64,000 nucleotides of DNA from a phage: sequence record PZ386974.1; one strand, given 5' to 3'. Positions 27,168 to 36,813 of the stretch are shown piece by piece; position 1 is the first letter of the stretch, and each line of letters begins with the position of its first letter. The position numbers and the translations under genes are program-made. The notes beneath the pieces were generated by a model. It was not told the origin of the DNA, did not search any database, and saw only the letters and a list, made by a program, of their open reading frames with translations.

Positions 27168-28610
27168 TTAAAATTTTAACTCATTGGCTAAGCTATCTAG
27201 GTCAGCACGTGTTGCTTTGGCTTTACCTACGCGTTCCGTACGATTCACCTCTGCCTGACGCATCTGAGCACCTGCGTTTTCATTTACTGTGTTAGGTGTG
27301 TTCATGCCTTCTTGCTCAATCTCGATCCATTTCTGGTTGCCTTTACGTACACCCATCAGGAATTTATTCCACTTATTCTTATCACCATATCGTGATTTTA
27401 TTTGTTTGATAAGTTGTTGTTCAGCTTGTGCAAGTTCTTCGGTTTCAATTACGGCCAACATGAAATCTGCCGTTGCTGGTAAACCTGCTGATTCTGCGAT
27501 ATCACTCATGTTCATGTCTGAAGCATCCCATGCTGCACGTCCTACTTGAGCTGCAGTCCATAGAACTGTTTCAGATTCTACTGCTAATGCACGAAGTTCT
27601 TCTGCGATAGCTTTAACTAATGTGTAGCTATTTTCAGTGTAAACTCTGATACGACAAGACCCACAAATACCTAAGTAATCAACCATGATTACAGACGGCA
27701 CAAAGTTCTTCTTAAGTTTTAACTCATTAAGCAATGCACGAAATGTATTAGCATTAGCTCCACCAGTAGGATACTGTTTAACTACTAAACGTCCTAATGT
27801 GGATTTTGAACGCCATTTTTCCATCTTGGCTTTATATTCAGCATAAGATACGTTACCATCATCGATATCATCGAGTGATACGTCAAGCATGTTTGCATCT
27901 ATACGCTTAGCACAAACTTCTTCAGCCATTTCCATGGAAATATAAAGAACATTATGACCTGTTTGAAGATAATCTGCAGCAAGTGAACAAAGGCCTAAAG
28001 ATTTACCAACGTTAACACCGGCCATTAAAACATTCAGTGTACCGGTTTCAGCACCACCTTTAGTGATTTTATTCAGAATGTTTAATTTGAACGGGACCTT
28101 ACGTGCTTTATTTAGATAAGAAAGCCAGCGTGCTTCGTAGTCTTCCATCCAGTCATGTCCAACATAACTATCAAACGAAATTGAAAGTGCTTGACGCATA
28201 ATATCAGGAATAGCTCCTACGTCAGGCATTTTCTTGTTACGTTGTTCTGGAGGTAGTTCAGCATTAGACTGAATCTCAATGATTTTGGATGTAGCATTAT
28301 ACATCGCTTTTTGCTGGACATATTTCTCAGTTTCTTTAACCAACCATTCATGGTCTTCAGGAGTATCAGCCAATTTTTCAATTAGGTCTGAAGTTCCTTT
28401 ATATTCTGCTTCAGTTAAAGAACTATTATCTAAAGCCACCTTTAATGCATTGATAGATGGCATTGCATTATATTCGTTAACGTGGCTCTTTATAATTTTA
28501 AAGACGTTTTTTGCCGGTCCACGCTCAAAATACTCAGAATCCATATAAGGCCAGACCTTAGAAAAATAAGCCTGGTCATATACTAGATGAGACAAAATAA
28601 TTTCTACCAC
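27168..28610 (-). CDS. 41: replicative DNA helicase (DnaB-like)
   Basis: 480 aa; MVEIILSHL... and Walker A GVNVGKS match recalled T4 gp41; start codon is GTG after AAGGAG SD. Confidence 0.9.
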   Translation of the reverse strand: MVEIILSHLVYDQAYFSKVWPYMDSEYFERGPAKNVFKIIKSHVNEYNAMPSINALKVALDNSSLTEAEYKGTSDLIEKLADTPEDHEWLVKETEKYVQQKAMYNATSKIIEIQSNAELPPEQRNKKMPDVGAIPDIMRQALSISFDSYVGHDWMEDYEARWLSYLNKARKVPFKLNILNKITKGGAETGTLNVLMAGVNVGKSLGLCSLAADYLQTGHNVLYISMEMAEEVCAKRIDANMLDVSLDDIDDGNVSYAEYKAKMEKWRSKSTLGRLVVKQYPTGGANANTFRALLNELKLKKNFVPSVIMVDYLGICGSCRIRVYTENSYTLVKAIAEELRALAVESETVLWTAAQVGRAAWDASDMNMSDIAESAGLPATADFMLAVIETEELAQAEQQLIKQIKSRYGDKNKWNKFLMGVRKGNQKWIEIEQEGMNTPNTVNENAGAQMRQAEVNRTERVGKAKATRADLDSLANELKF

Positions 28611-28619
28611 GATAACTCC

Positions 28620-28961
28620 TTAAAAGAATTTAAATTTTTTCTTGGTCCGTTCATTAAAAGCTTGTTGTACTTGCATTGTAACACATTTTTCAACATGTGG
28701 TGCAAGTTCTGCTTTTCTGTCCTGATCAAGAACTGCAAAGTCCATTACGATTTTACCATCAACCCAGTCTAGTTTTGTAATATAGACTATATGATGGGAA
28801 CCGTCTTCAAGTGTAATCAGAATCTCTTGAATGACATTTTCCATTGCTGAACGGACAATTTTAAGAGATTCATTAAACACTCGTTCTTTGCGAATGTCTT
28901 CCCCTTCCGAAGAAGGGGATTCATCAACGATTTCTAGATTTAAATCATCGAGATTATTCAT
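28620..28961 (-). CDS. 40: gp40-like protein (113 aa)
   Basis: Position between uvsX and 41 as in T4; track start is TTG, ATG at 28961. Confidence 0.45.
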   Translation of the reverse strand: MNNLDDLNLEIVDESPSSEGEDIRKERVFNESLKIVRSAMENVIQEILITLEDGSHHIVYITKLDWVDGKIVMDFAVLDQDRKAELAPHVEKCVTMQVQQAFNERTKKKFKFF

Positions 28962-30126
28962 CGAAATCTTCCATTTCGTCAAGGTCGTTTTCTATATCTG
29001 CTGCAGATGGAGCATCAGAAGTTTTAACCGGAACTTTAGTTGTTGCTTTGCAATTAATAAGGTCGTTAACAGCGTCATCAACTTCTTTAATAGAAGAGAT
29101 AGCACCTAGTTTATATTTAGTTTCAATTGCATCTCGGAAAGGTTTGTGTTTAAACAAAGGTCCCCAGAATTCTACACAATCAGTAGCTTTAGCACGCCAT
29201 GATTTTTCTTCACGAATCATTTCACCTGTTTCTTCGTCAAGGAATTCACGAGCATACCAACCGGCTTTAGGCTTAACTACAAAACCAATTTCAGTTGCCA
29301 TTTCTAACAAGCCACTGAATGGGTCAATACCGCCATCAAAATTAACCGTGATTGGGAAAGTAGATTTCTCTTTAACTGTACGAGATTTTTCTGCTTTCAA
29401 CGTGAAGTCATAACCGGTCAATTCTGTACCTTCTTTAACCTGACGTTTAGAGATAAAGAATACAGTGTTAGCAGAGTAAAGAATACCTGTACCACCACCC
29501 ATAATCTCTTTAGGATACAATCCGCCGATTTCCATTGCTGTATGGTTGATTGCAACACACGGAATATCTTTAATAGTCAGATAAGGAGTCACAATGCGGA
29601 ACAGAGATTTAAGTGCCTTAGCACGAGACATATCACCTACAACTTTCTCGTTCAACGCATCTTCGGTTTCTTTCTTAGATGCAGTATTACCAATCGAGTC
29701 AATAAAGATAATAACTTTATCACCGCGTTCAATAGCATCAAGCTGATTAGTCATATCAACTTTAAGTTGTTCGACAGATTGAATCGGAGTATGAACTACA
29801 CGGTCTAAATCAACACCCATTGAACGAAAATAAGATTCTGAAGCACCAAATTCCGAATCATAGAACAAACAAATTGCATCTTTATATTTCTTCATATATG
29901 CTGCAACCATGGTCAGTCCAAACAATGTTTTAAAATGTTTAGAAGGAGCAGCAAAAATAGTTAAGCCTGATTGCAACCCGGCATTCAGTGCACCACCTAA
30001 TGCAATATTCAACATCGGAATACGAGTAGGGACTTCATCACGATTATTAAACAGCTTAGACTTAGTCAAGTCTGCAGTCATTTTAGAAGTAGAAGCTTTA
30101 ATCAGACGAGATTTTAAATCAGACAT
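28954..30126 (-). CDS. uvsX: UvsX RecA-like recombinase
   Basis: 390 aa; RecA fold motifs; matches recalled T4 UvsX length and position. Confidence 0.9.
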   Translation of the reverse strand: MSDLKSRLIKASTSKMTADLTKSKLFNNRDEVPTRIPMLNIALGGALNAGLQSGLTIFAAPSKHFKTLFGLTMVAAYMKKYKDAICLFYDSEFGASESYFRSMGVDLDRVVHTPIQSVEQLKVDMTNQLDAIERGDKVIIFIDSIGNTASKKETEDALNEKVVGDMSRAKALKSLFRIVTPYLTIKDIPCVAINHTAMEIGGLYPKEIMGGGTGILYSANTVFFISKRQVKEGTELTGYDFTLKAEKSRTVKEKSTFPITVNFDGGIDPFSGLLEMATEIGFVVKPKAGWYAREFLDEETGEMIREEKSWRAKATDCVEFWGPLFKHKPFRDAIETKYKLGAISSIKEVDDAVNDLINCKATTKVPVKTSDAPSAADIENDLDEMEDFDE

Positions 30127-30224
30127 TGTATTTTTCCATAGGCATCATTATATTTTACTCATGTTTAAAAGATAAGACGATTATATACTAAGGGTTATAC
30201 AGCATTTAAAACTTTAAATGGCTC

Positions 30225-30773
30225 TTAACGAGCCCATTTGATGATTTCTGTAATCAAACCATTACGTTCGCTTGCATTAAATCCTATAACTTTGTTAGCA
30301 CCATCATGATTAAGTAATTGATACGTTTGGATTTTGTTATGAATTGCAAACTCTTCAAAATGTGAAATGACTGTATTAAAACCGAATGAAGACAAAGTAA
30401 TAAGGTCGTCTTCAAAACTTTCAGTCATTTCGTTACGTGTTAAAATAATTGTGAACACATCATGGTTTTGGCAAAGACGAACATAATCCTGTTCATAAAC
30501 ATCAAGAACCGAGTCCGCATCTTGTCGAATACGTCCATAAACCCAGTTACTAATATATCCACGGTCTAACAGATAAATCTTAGTAGGGTCTAAATAATTC
30601 AACATCGTTTCGAAACAGCCAACTTCATTTCGAGACTTAACATCGAAACGTCCATCAACCGTTCGTTTAGGGAAATCAATCTTTACATATCTTTCACTAA
30701 TTTCCATTATGTCATTAATGAAAGTTGTTTTACCAGCATTATCCGGGCCATCTACTAAAATAATTTTAGCCAT
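30225..30773 (-). CDS. P-loop kinase-like protein (182 aa)
   Basis: Walker A GPDNAGKTT near N-terminus; small nucleotide/sugar kinase-like size. Confidence 0.5.
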   Translation of the reverse strand: MAKIILVDGPDNAGKTTFINDIMEISERYVKIDFPKRTVDGRFDVKSRNEVGCFETMLNYLDPTKIYLLDRGYISNWVYGRIRQDADSVLDVYEQDYVRLCQNHDVFTIILTRNEMTESFEDDLITLSSFGFNTVISHFEEFAIHNKIQTYQLLNHDGANKVIGFNASERNGLITEIIKWAR

Positions 30774-30774
30774 T

Positions 30775-31674
30775 TTATTCCTCGATTACGACATCTTCGT
30801 ATTTAGGTATATTATACGGCGAAGAAATTAAAGCATTAAAGTAGATGAACTCACCAAGACCTGGATGGAATACTTCTTCAGGATTTTCGAAATATTGAAT
30901 CTTCGGACGTCCTTTAAGAATTTGATAGTACTCAGTTTTAGTTGGTTTAAAAATTCGAATCAGCGCTTCTTCAGGATACTTATTTCTGTCGAAGCTATTA
31001 TTTGGATCGGTTATATAAAGCGGTTGGCCTAATTGAATTGCACATTCAACCACTTGTTCAAAACGATAGCATGGGTCACTAATTCGAAATGGATGAAAAA
31101 TACCATCTAGATGAATAGGAGCCAAATCACCTACAAGACGCTGCATGATGGAAGGACGTATAACTTTCTGCGTTACGATAATCTTATTACCATCTGCACC
31201 TGCGTTAACCAGCACTTCTTTTTGACGTTCATTCAACACAGTAGTTTGAAGTGAACGATTAACAGACAACATGTCGGTTTTTAAGAATTCATCAATATAA
31301 AAACGTGGTTTATTAGGGTCTGCAGTGATATTGAAATTGAATTCTACGTCAAAAGCGCCATCATATCCAGTGATATCTGTGATTAGAAAATCACAATCAT
31401 AATAAGCAATTAATGAATCAACCACAAATTCATTTTCAGACCAGAAATATTTACGAGTGTTATACGCGTTATCTTTATACCATAATGGAACAAACTTAAA
31501 TTCTGGGAAAAGACGTTCACATTCTTTAATATCAGATGCATTACGTGGATATGTAATCACATCGCCTGGATTAGCACGGTGCAAATGAAGTTGGAAGTTG
31601 CCATCCTTAAGGATAGCATACTGTCCAGTTTCATAAGACCGCATACTCAAAATAGGTACGCGGAAAATAGCCAT
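30775..31674 (-). CDS. hypothetical protein in beta-glucosyltransferase position (299 aa)
   Basis: Occupies T4 beta-gt locus between 42 and uvsX; no recognisable motif; TAATG-coupled to gene 42. Confidence 0.45.
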   Translation of the reverse strand: MAIFRVPILSMRSYETGQYAILKDGNFQLHLHRANPGDVITYPRNASDIKECERLFPEFKFVPLWYKDNAYNTRKYFWSENEFVVDSLIAYYDCDFLITDITGYDGAFDVEFNFNITADPNKPRFYIDEFLKTDMLSVNRSLQTTVLNERQKEVLVNAGADGNKIIVTQKVIRPSIMQRLVGDLAPIHLDGIFHPFRISDPCYRFEQVVECAIQLGQPLYITDPNNSFDRNKYPEEALIRIFKPTKTEYYQILKGRPKIQYFENPEEVFHPGLGEFIYFNALISSPYNIPKYEDVVIEE

Positions 31675-32390
31675 TAGTCAAGAAATCCTTTAACATAATC
31701 AAAATCACGTTCAAACACATGGGCACTTACCATGGTATGAGTATAATCACCAACTTCTACACCACATTCGTTAGCGATATAATGAAGTAATTTTCCTTGG
31801 AGATAAAAATCCAACTGCATAACAACAGCACAGTTCTGAGAACGCATATGACAGTGGGTATAAAGCTTACCATCGCGAATATAATAAGTCACTGAGTCAG
31901 TACATGGATATTCAAGCGTTTCGTCCGAATCAAGCAAAGCCTGATCAGAACTTTCTAGAATTTGGAACACAACTCTTCGAGAGTTAGGCTTCTCTTTAAG
32001 TTCTTTTAGAAGAGCCGGTAATTGGGCCGCAATGCGAGGACCATAGAAAGTGTTGAAGTTCGCAGGCAAAGCATCTGATTTTGGTTTAGAAATAAATTTA
32101 GCGACATTAGGATATGCTTTAAACGCTTCTTCTGCATCAGTACCACCAGAAATCATAAACTTCCAGAAGTCTTCGGCATATTCATAAGAGATGCGGTTAA
32201 TACGTGGGTCGGTCATTTTGAATGATGATGGATTGTCAACAACTACTGTCATGGACCCGATTTCATTACAACGTCCAATACGAGAATTAGTTACGAATTC
32301 GGGGTTTTCTAAAATTTCACGATTGACTGCTTTAAATGCGGTTTGAAAATCTGCGGCTTTGATATATTTCATTGTGTTATGTTTTCCCAT
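31674..32390 (-). CDS. 42: dCMP hydroxymethylase (thymidylate synthase family)
   Basis: 238 aa; active-site region YPCTDSVTYYIRDGKLYTHCHMRSQN parallels TS/gp42 PC(H)...YQRSxD core. Confidence 0.65.
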   Translation of the reverse strand: MGKHNTMKYIKAADFQTAFKAVNREILENPEFVTNSRIGRCNEIGSMTVVVDNPSSFKMTDPRINRISYEYAEDFWKFMISGGTDAEEAFKAYPNVAKFISKPKSDALPANFNTFYGPRIAAQLPALLKELKEKPNSRRVVFQILESSDQALLDSDETLEYPCTDSVTYYIRDGKLYTHCHMRSQNCAVVMQLDFYLQGKLLHYIANECGVEVGDYTHTMVSAHVFERDFDYVKGFLD

Positions 32391-32432
32391 GTTTACCTCA
32401 ATACAATTTATTATATACTCAATTCGTAAAGC

Positions 32433-32672
32433 TTATTTGAATTTCTTGGCAATGTTGATATAACGTAAAGCTTCAGAATCTATACTTCCAAGAACACTAT
32501 GAAGGAATGCATCAGTGTAGTATTCCAATTGAACAGGTTCTTTAATCACTTTAGCCGCTTTGGTTTCAAACAGGCCCATAAGGGCCTTTTTAAGAATTTG
32601 TTCGTTAGTGTTCAGTTTAATAGTCAAAATCTCTTCGTTAAGATTATAATTAAAAGTTTTTCTAGAAATCAT
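32433..32672 (-). CDS. hypothetical protein (79 aa)
   Basis: ATG ATGA-coupled to upstream ORF. Confidence 0.4.
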   Translation of the reverse strand: MISRKTFNYNLNEEILTIKLNTNEQILKKALMGLFETKAAKVIKEPVQLEYYTDAFLHSVLGSIDSEALRYINIAKKFK

Positions 32673-33838
32673 TCCGGGTACCTCAAAGCGTCATCAGAGT
32701 TAGTTATATCAATAATAGATATAGAGTTTTCTGCTAACCCGTTTTTAGATAATTGACGTTTATAATACCTTTCACAATATGTACACGTTGACCCACAGAT
32801 TTCATTAGCACAATCAAAATCTGGATGTCTGAACCACCTTTTTTCTAAAAAGCCATCTAACAAAGAGGTTTCAATATTTACTGTATGTGAAAACTCAGTC
32901 TCATTTTCAAGAGTGAAAATAGTCTCTAAAGGCTTCCACAGTTCTAACAAATTACCTTCAAACTTTTCAGAAGCGTATGCTTCAAGAACTTTCAAAATGT
33001 AGTCTGTGCTACCTGTACGTCCTGAAACTTTGAATTGAGTGATACCAATATCATTATAAAGTTTCAAATCTTGAGGACGAACAAAACGAGTTCTCAACCA
33101 ATTAAATGGGTCTGTATCACGAGCTTTAATACAGTGCTGCATTGGATATCCGTTTAAGGATTTAGCATCATCAGCTGTAACATCAGTACTATGGAAAATA
33201 TAGCAAGAGTCACGATAGCTACAATGTGTTGTATACCCTTTACCAGCATTAGAACAGAACTCGTTTACAAGAACTTCAAATATTATATTGTTCTTATTGC
33301 AAAACTCTGCTGCACGCTTCAGGAAAGAAACTGAACGGTTCTTATGAATTCCGCAACAGACCTTTTTGATGTTATATTGGTCATGCAAGTATTTGATTTG
33401 AGTTACAGCATCGACATGTAGAATTGTTGAAACTTCAATCTCAATATCTTTATTGACTTCACGAACAATTTCCATAACAACAGGGTTAGCGATAGTAATA
33501 CGCCATACGCCTATTGACCAAAGATACTGAACATAATCCTGAATAGCTTTCTTCTTCCACTCAACTAGTTCTCTTTTTGAACCAGGATTTATCGTGTTGA
33601 GTGTATAGTTAAAGCAAATACCTAATTCGTTACAACGTTTAACGTAATCTTCTAACATCTTTTTGTCAACGTCAGGAAGCCTAAAATCAGGTCTGGCTGC
33701 TACAAAAGCCATTTCTCTTGTAGAGCCGTATACTTCGTTTATCAAGCTATTAGGATAAGTTTTATTGAGCTCTACGATTTTATCAAGAAGAGCTAAATCA
33801 AAATTCGTTCCGATTTTAAAAGTATTCATTTTTTGCAT
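32669..33838 (-). CDS. Cys-rich enzyme of unknown function (389 aa), candidate Fe-S protein
   Basis: C-terminal CANEICGSTCTYC (CX4CX3CXYC) plus internal CSNAGKGYTTHCSYRDSC cluster; embedded in sugar module. Confidence 0.5.
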   Translation of the reverse strand: MQKMNTFKIGTNFDLALLDKIVELNKTYPNSLINEVYGSTREMAFVAARPDFRLPDVDKKMLEDYVKRCNELGICFNYTLNTINPGSKRELVEWKKKAIQDYVQYLWSIGVWRITIANPVVMEIVREVNKDIEIEVSTILHVDAVTQIKYLHDQYNIKKVCCGIHKNRSVSFLKRAAEFCNKNNIIFEVLVNEFCSNAGKGYTTHCSYRDSCYIFHSTDVTADDAKSLNGYPMQHCIKARDTDPFNWLRTRFVRPQDLKLYNDIGITQFKVSGRTGSTDYILKVLEAYASEKFEGNLLELWKPLETIFTLENETEFSHTVNIETSLLDGFLEKRWFRHPDFDCANEICGSTCTYCERYYKRQLSKNGLAENSISIIDITNSDDALRYPE

Positions 33839-33884
33839 CTCGCGTTAATTGATGCGATGGTTTTTGCAGGTCTTACTTAAATTA

Positions 33885-34286
33885 TTATAGGTTCGGTTTA
33901 TATGATTTAAATGTTTCGAATTCGCCTTTATTCATAAGAGCTTTGAATTCGTCGGGACGCATAGCTTTGTCGTCGATAATCCAATCATATACTGGTTTAT
34001 GTGTTAGCAAATTATGGTACTTCAAACCAATGTTTTCCAAGTTCTGAATCAGACTTGGGAGAATGTCAATTGCTATACGACCAGGACCTACTGACTTCAT
34101 ACCGCGAGCAGTGTAAAGCGTTATGGTATGCCCTGCATCATACAGGGCATTAATGGCAGACACCATTTCGACGTCTGGTTTGAAGTTCACGTAATCACGA
34201 TTGTTATTCCACTCTGTTATACAATCATCGACATCAAAATAAAGATTAAGCATGTTTTCTACACGGTGCATTAGATTCGTTCCCAT
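33885..34286 (-). CDS. HAD-superfamily phosphatase-like protein (133 aa)
   Basis: Motif I FDVDDCIT near N-terminus and DD motif DWIIDD near C-terminus. Confidence 0.5.
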   Translation of the reverse strand: MGTNLMHRVENMLNLYFDVDDCITEWNNNRDYVNFKPDVEMVSAINALYDAGHTITLYTARGMKSVGPGRIAIDILPSLIQNLENIGLKYHNLLTHKPVYDWIIDDKAMRPDEFKALMNKGEFETFKSYKPNL

Positions 34287-35956
34287 TGATGAGTGATATC
34301 GCCACCGATTGGACGGTAAGAAACACCAGTTTCTTTATCAGTTAGTACCCATTTACCAGGATTTTTTGTAATCAGAGTAGCCGTTACAGGTTCTGCTACG
34401 TCATAACTAATAGAGCCGTCTTGAAGTACACGGCCCATGTTACGTAATTGCTTAGTCAGAAGTTCCATACCTTTATAATATGCGGCTACCGCTTTAAGTG
34501 GATTATTCTTGAAATAACCACCTAATGCAATCCAGATAATTGCTACGGCCAAATGATGATACTCGTTAAACGAACTCAGCTTTCCATATTTGTAAATTAA
34601 TGGATTGATGTTAATAGTCACATTACAAGTTGTTTCGTCAATAGTAAACTGTCCCCAGGTCGGATTAGCGTTGAATTCATCATAACCTGAAACAGCATAA
34701 AGCACTTTAGCTTCATCATACAATTTTGGCCCGTAAATCTTGGTTTCACCAAAATATCCACGAGGGTCGATAAACTTGACTTCGCCGTTATCAGTAATCA
34801 TAGTATTACTGAAGTTCGGGTCACCATGAATAACAGAGTACTGTCCCTGAGAACGGTTATGATAACGAATAAGGTGTTCTAAAGCTTGTTTCAGCATTGG
34901 CTTCAGACGCCCAATCTTAGTGTAGTTCACATGGGTGATTTTACCAAATGAATCAATCAATGGTTGAATGCTTTCACAACGATCAATAACTTTCGTATAG
35001 AATTCTTTAGTGAAATCACGACGAACAGTTTCAGGACTTACAAAATAAGTGTCTGTGCTGAATTTCAGTGCATCTAAAATTGCATCAACAATTTGTGGAC
35101 GAGCAAGACTTGATTTGGATTTAATATATTCAAATGCCGGCTTACCTTTAATGCGTTCCATTTCAAAGTTATTTTCATTAACAGAAACTAACTGAGGAAC
35201 TGAATCTGATTTCACTTTAAGATACCATGAAATCTCATCTTTCTGAAGAGCTCGACCCTGTTCGGTTAATGCGAATTTAGTTACAGTTTCTTCACCAATT
35301 TCAACTGCATTAAAACTACGATTAAGTTCACGAACTTCATGAGCTTTTTCAAGTTTAGGCATATCACCTAAATCAATTAGATTCATAAGCTCTGATTTAT
35401 TGAATGCGCTGCCGTAAAGGAATTCTACGAAATCACGTCCTTTGCAGTATTCATGAATTTCCTCATCGGTAGAACCCATATAGAATTCCCAGTCTTTGAA
35501 CTGATAAATTCCTACAACATTACCACCTGTTGAACCTACGTTAGTGATATTTTCACCGTCGAAATTATATCGACATTCGTCACCCTTAACATAGATTGCG
35601 TTAACATTCCAAGACCATGAACCAAAATCGGGAATAATATCACACCAGTTAACAATTACATTATGGCCGTCTAAATCTTTGTGTAATTTAGCAAGAGCAT
35701 AAGCAGAACCATACGCTTCATCAACTGTGCGAATAGTCACATTGAACCCTTCTTGCTCACAATAAGCTCGAACAGTTTCAGCAAATTTTGAATGAACTAC
35801 TACAATAATTTCATCTGCGCCAAGGTCAGAATAAATTGTATACAAATTGCTCAGAATAGTGTCTTGTTTATAGTTAACAAGCACCTTAGGAATATGATGC
35901 GTTATTGGATATAAACGAGTCGCCAGTCCAGCACCAAGAATAACAGCTTTTTTCAT
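34271..35956 (-). CDS. bifunctional sugar-1-phosphate nucleotidyltransferase / APH-like sugar kinase
   Basis: N-terminus ILGAGLATRLYPIT (G-x-G-T-R-L NTase motif); C-terminal HGDPNFSNTMITDNGEVKFIDPRG (Brenner kinase motif). Confidence 0.7.
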   Translation of the reverse strand: MKKAVILGAGLATRLYPITHHIPKVLVNYKQDTILSNLYTIYSDLGADEIIVVVHSKFAETVRAYCEQEGFNVTIRTVDEAYGSAYALAKLHKDLDGHNVIVNWCDIIPDFGSWSWNVNAIYVKGDECRYNFDGENITNVGSTGGNVVGIYQFKDWEFYMGSTDEEIHEYCKGRDFVEFLYGSAFNKSELMNLIDLGDMPKLEKAHEVRELNRSFNAVEIGEETVTKFALTEQGRALQKDEISWYLKVKSDSVPQLVSVNENNFEMERIKGKPAFEYIKSKSSLARPQIVDAILDALKFSTDTYFVSPETVRRDFTKEFYTKVIDRCESIQPLIDSFGKITHVNYTKIGRLKPMLKQALEHLIRYHNRSQGQYSVIHGDPNFSNTMITDNGEVKFIDPRGYFGETKIYGPKLYDEAKVLYAVSGYDEFNANPTWGQFTIDETTCNVTININPLIYKYGKLSSFNEYHHLAVAIIWIALGGYFKNNPLKAVAAYYKGMELLTKQLRNMGRVLQDGSISYDVAEPVTATLITKNPGKWVLTDKETGVSYRPIGGDITHQWERI

Positions 35957-35997
35957 GTTGAAGTCCTCATTGGTAAGTAGGAGTATTGTACACTATT

Positions 35998-36141
35998 CTA
36001 GTTAAAGCATTCATACTTTGCTTGTAGTCCAATCATAATCCATCCAATTACAAGTGTTGGAATCATTACTGGAGCCGTTAAGCTCCAGTAGATAGTCATG
36101 ACAAGCATCAATAGTAAAAGTCCTATTGTTATTGCTTTCAT
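35998..36141 (-). CDS. small membrane peptide (47 aa), below track threshold
   Basis: ATGA-coupled to SIS gene stop; translation MKAITIGLLLLMLVMTIYWSLTAPVMIPTLVIGWIMIGL... Confidence 0.3.
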   Translation of the reverse strand: MKAITIGLLLLMLVMTIYWSLTAPVMIPTLVIGWIMIGLQAKYECFN

Positions 36142-36773
36142 TGTTCGCCTCGTAACATGGCACCTAGTGCACCGCCTGGATGGAACTTAAGGAAGTCATT
36201 AGAGGTAAATCCACGCTCAGACGAAAGGTTGATAGCGAACGTATCGATAAGCGCTAACAACAATGTAGTGGACATAGTCGGAGCTAAAGAGTTCTCGTCA
36301 ACTTCTACCGCGATACCGGTACAGAACGTATAATCAAAAAGAGCTTCGTATTCTTGTGGAATGTCAGGGTTACAATGTAACAGAATCTGTTTAACCTGAG
36401 GACGAATCATACGAAGATGTTTAGCAACACCTATCATTTCTTCAGTCTTACCAGAACGACTGATGTGAACTAATACATCATTAGGTGCAATAAATCCTGC
36501 GTCACCATGAGAATAATGCCCGGTGTTCAAGTACATACTCGGGATACCGAGTGAAGCAAATGTCTCAGAAGCTTTAGTTGCAATATTAGCATTCTTACCA
36601 ACACCTGTAATAATTACTCGGCTTTCATAATTACTAAGTCCTGGGCGTCGAAGAGTTTCTAGAATAGCATTATAACGAGCAGGGTTTTGACTAATTACTT
36701 TGGCCATAGCGGCCAAAGAAGAAGCTTGTTTTATGATTGCGTCAATAGCGATAGTAATAGGAGTAGTTTTCAT
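36138..36773 (-). CDS. SIS-domain sugar-phosphate isomerase (KdsD/GutQ-like arabinose-5-phosphate isomerase type)
   Basis: 211 aa; GVGKNANIA...HGDAG...SRSGKTEE...LAPTMSTT match SIS/API motifs. Confidence 0.7.
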   Translation of the reverse strand: MKTTPITIAIDAIIKQASSLAAMAKVISQNPARYNAILETLRRPGLSNYESRVIITGVGKNANIATKASETFASLGIPSMYLNTGHYSHGDAGFIAPNDVLVHISRSGKTEEMIGVAKHLRMIRPQVKQILLHCNPDIPQEYEALFDYTFCTGIAVEVDENSLAPTMSTTLLLALIDTFAINLSSERGFTSNDFLKFHPGGALGAMLRGEQ

Positions 36774-36813
36774 ATTTCTCTCATTTAATTAGTTTACCGT
36801 CCATGTCATTATA

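Noticed and set aside
32669-33838. Firm call of the Cys-rich enzyme as a radical SAM enzyme
   Set aside because: The CX3CXYC motif is at the extreme C-terminus with too few residues after it for a canonical radical SAM core; kept as unknown Fe-S candidate
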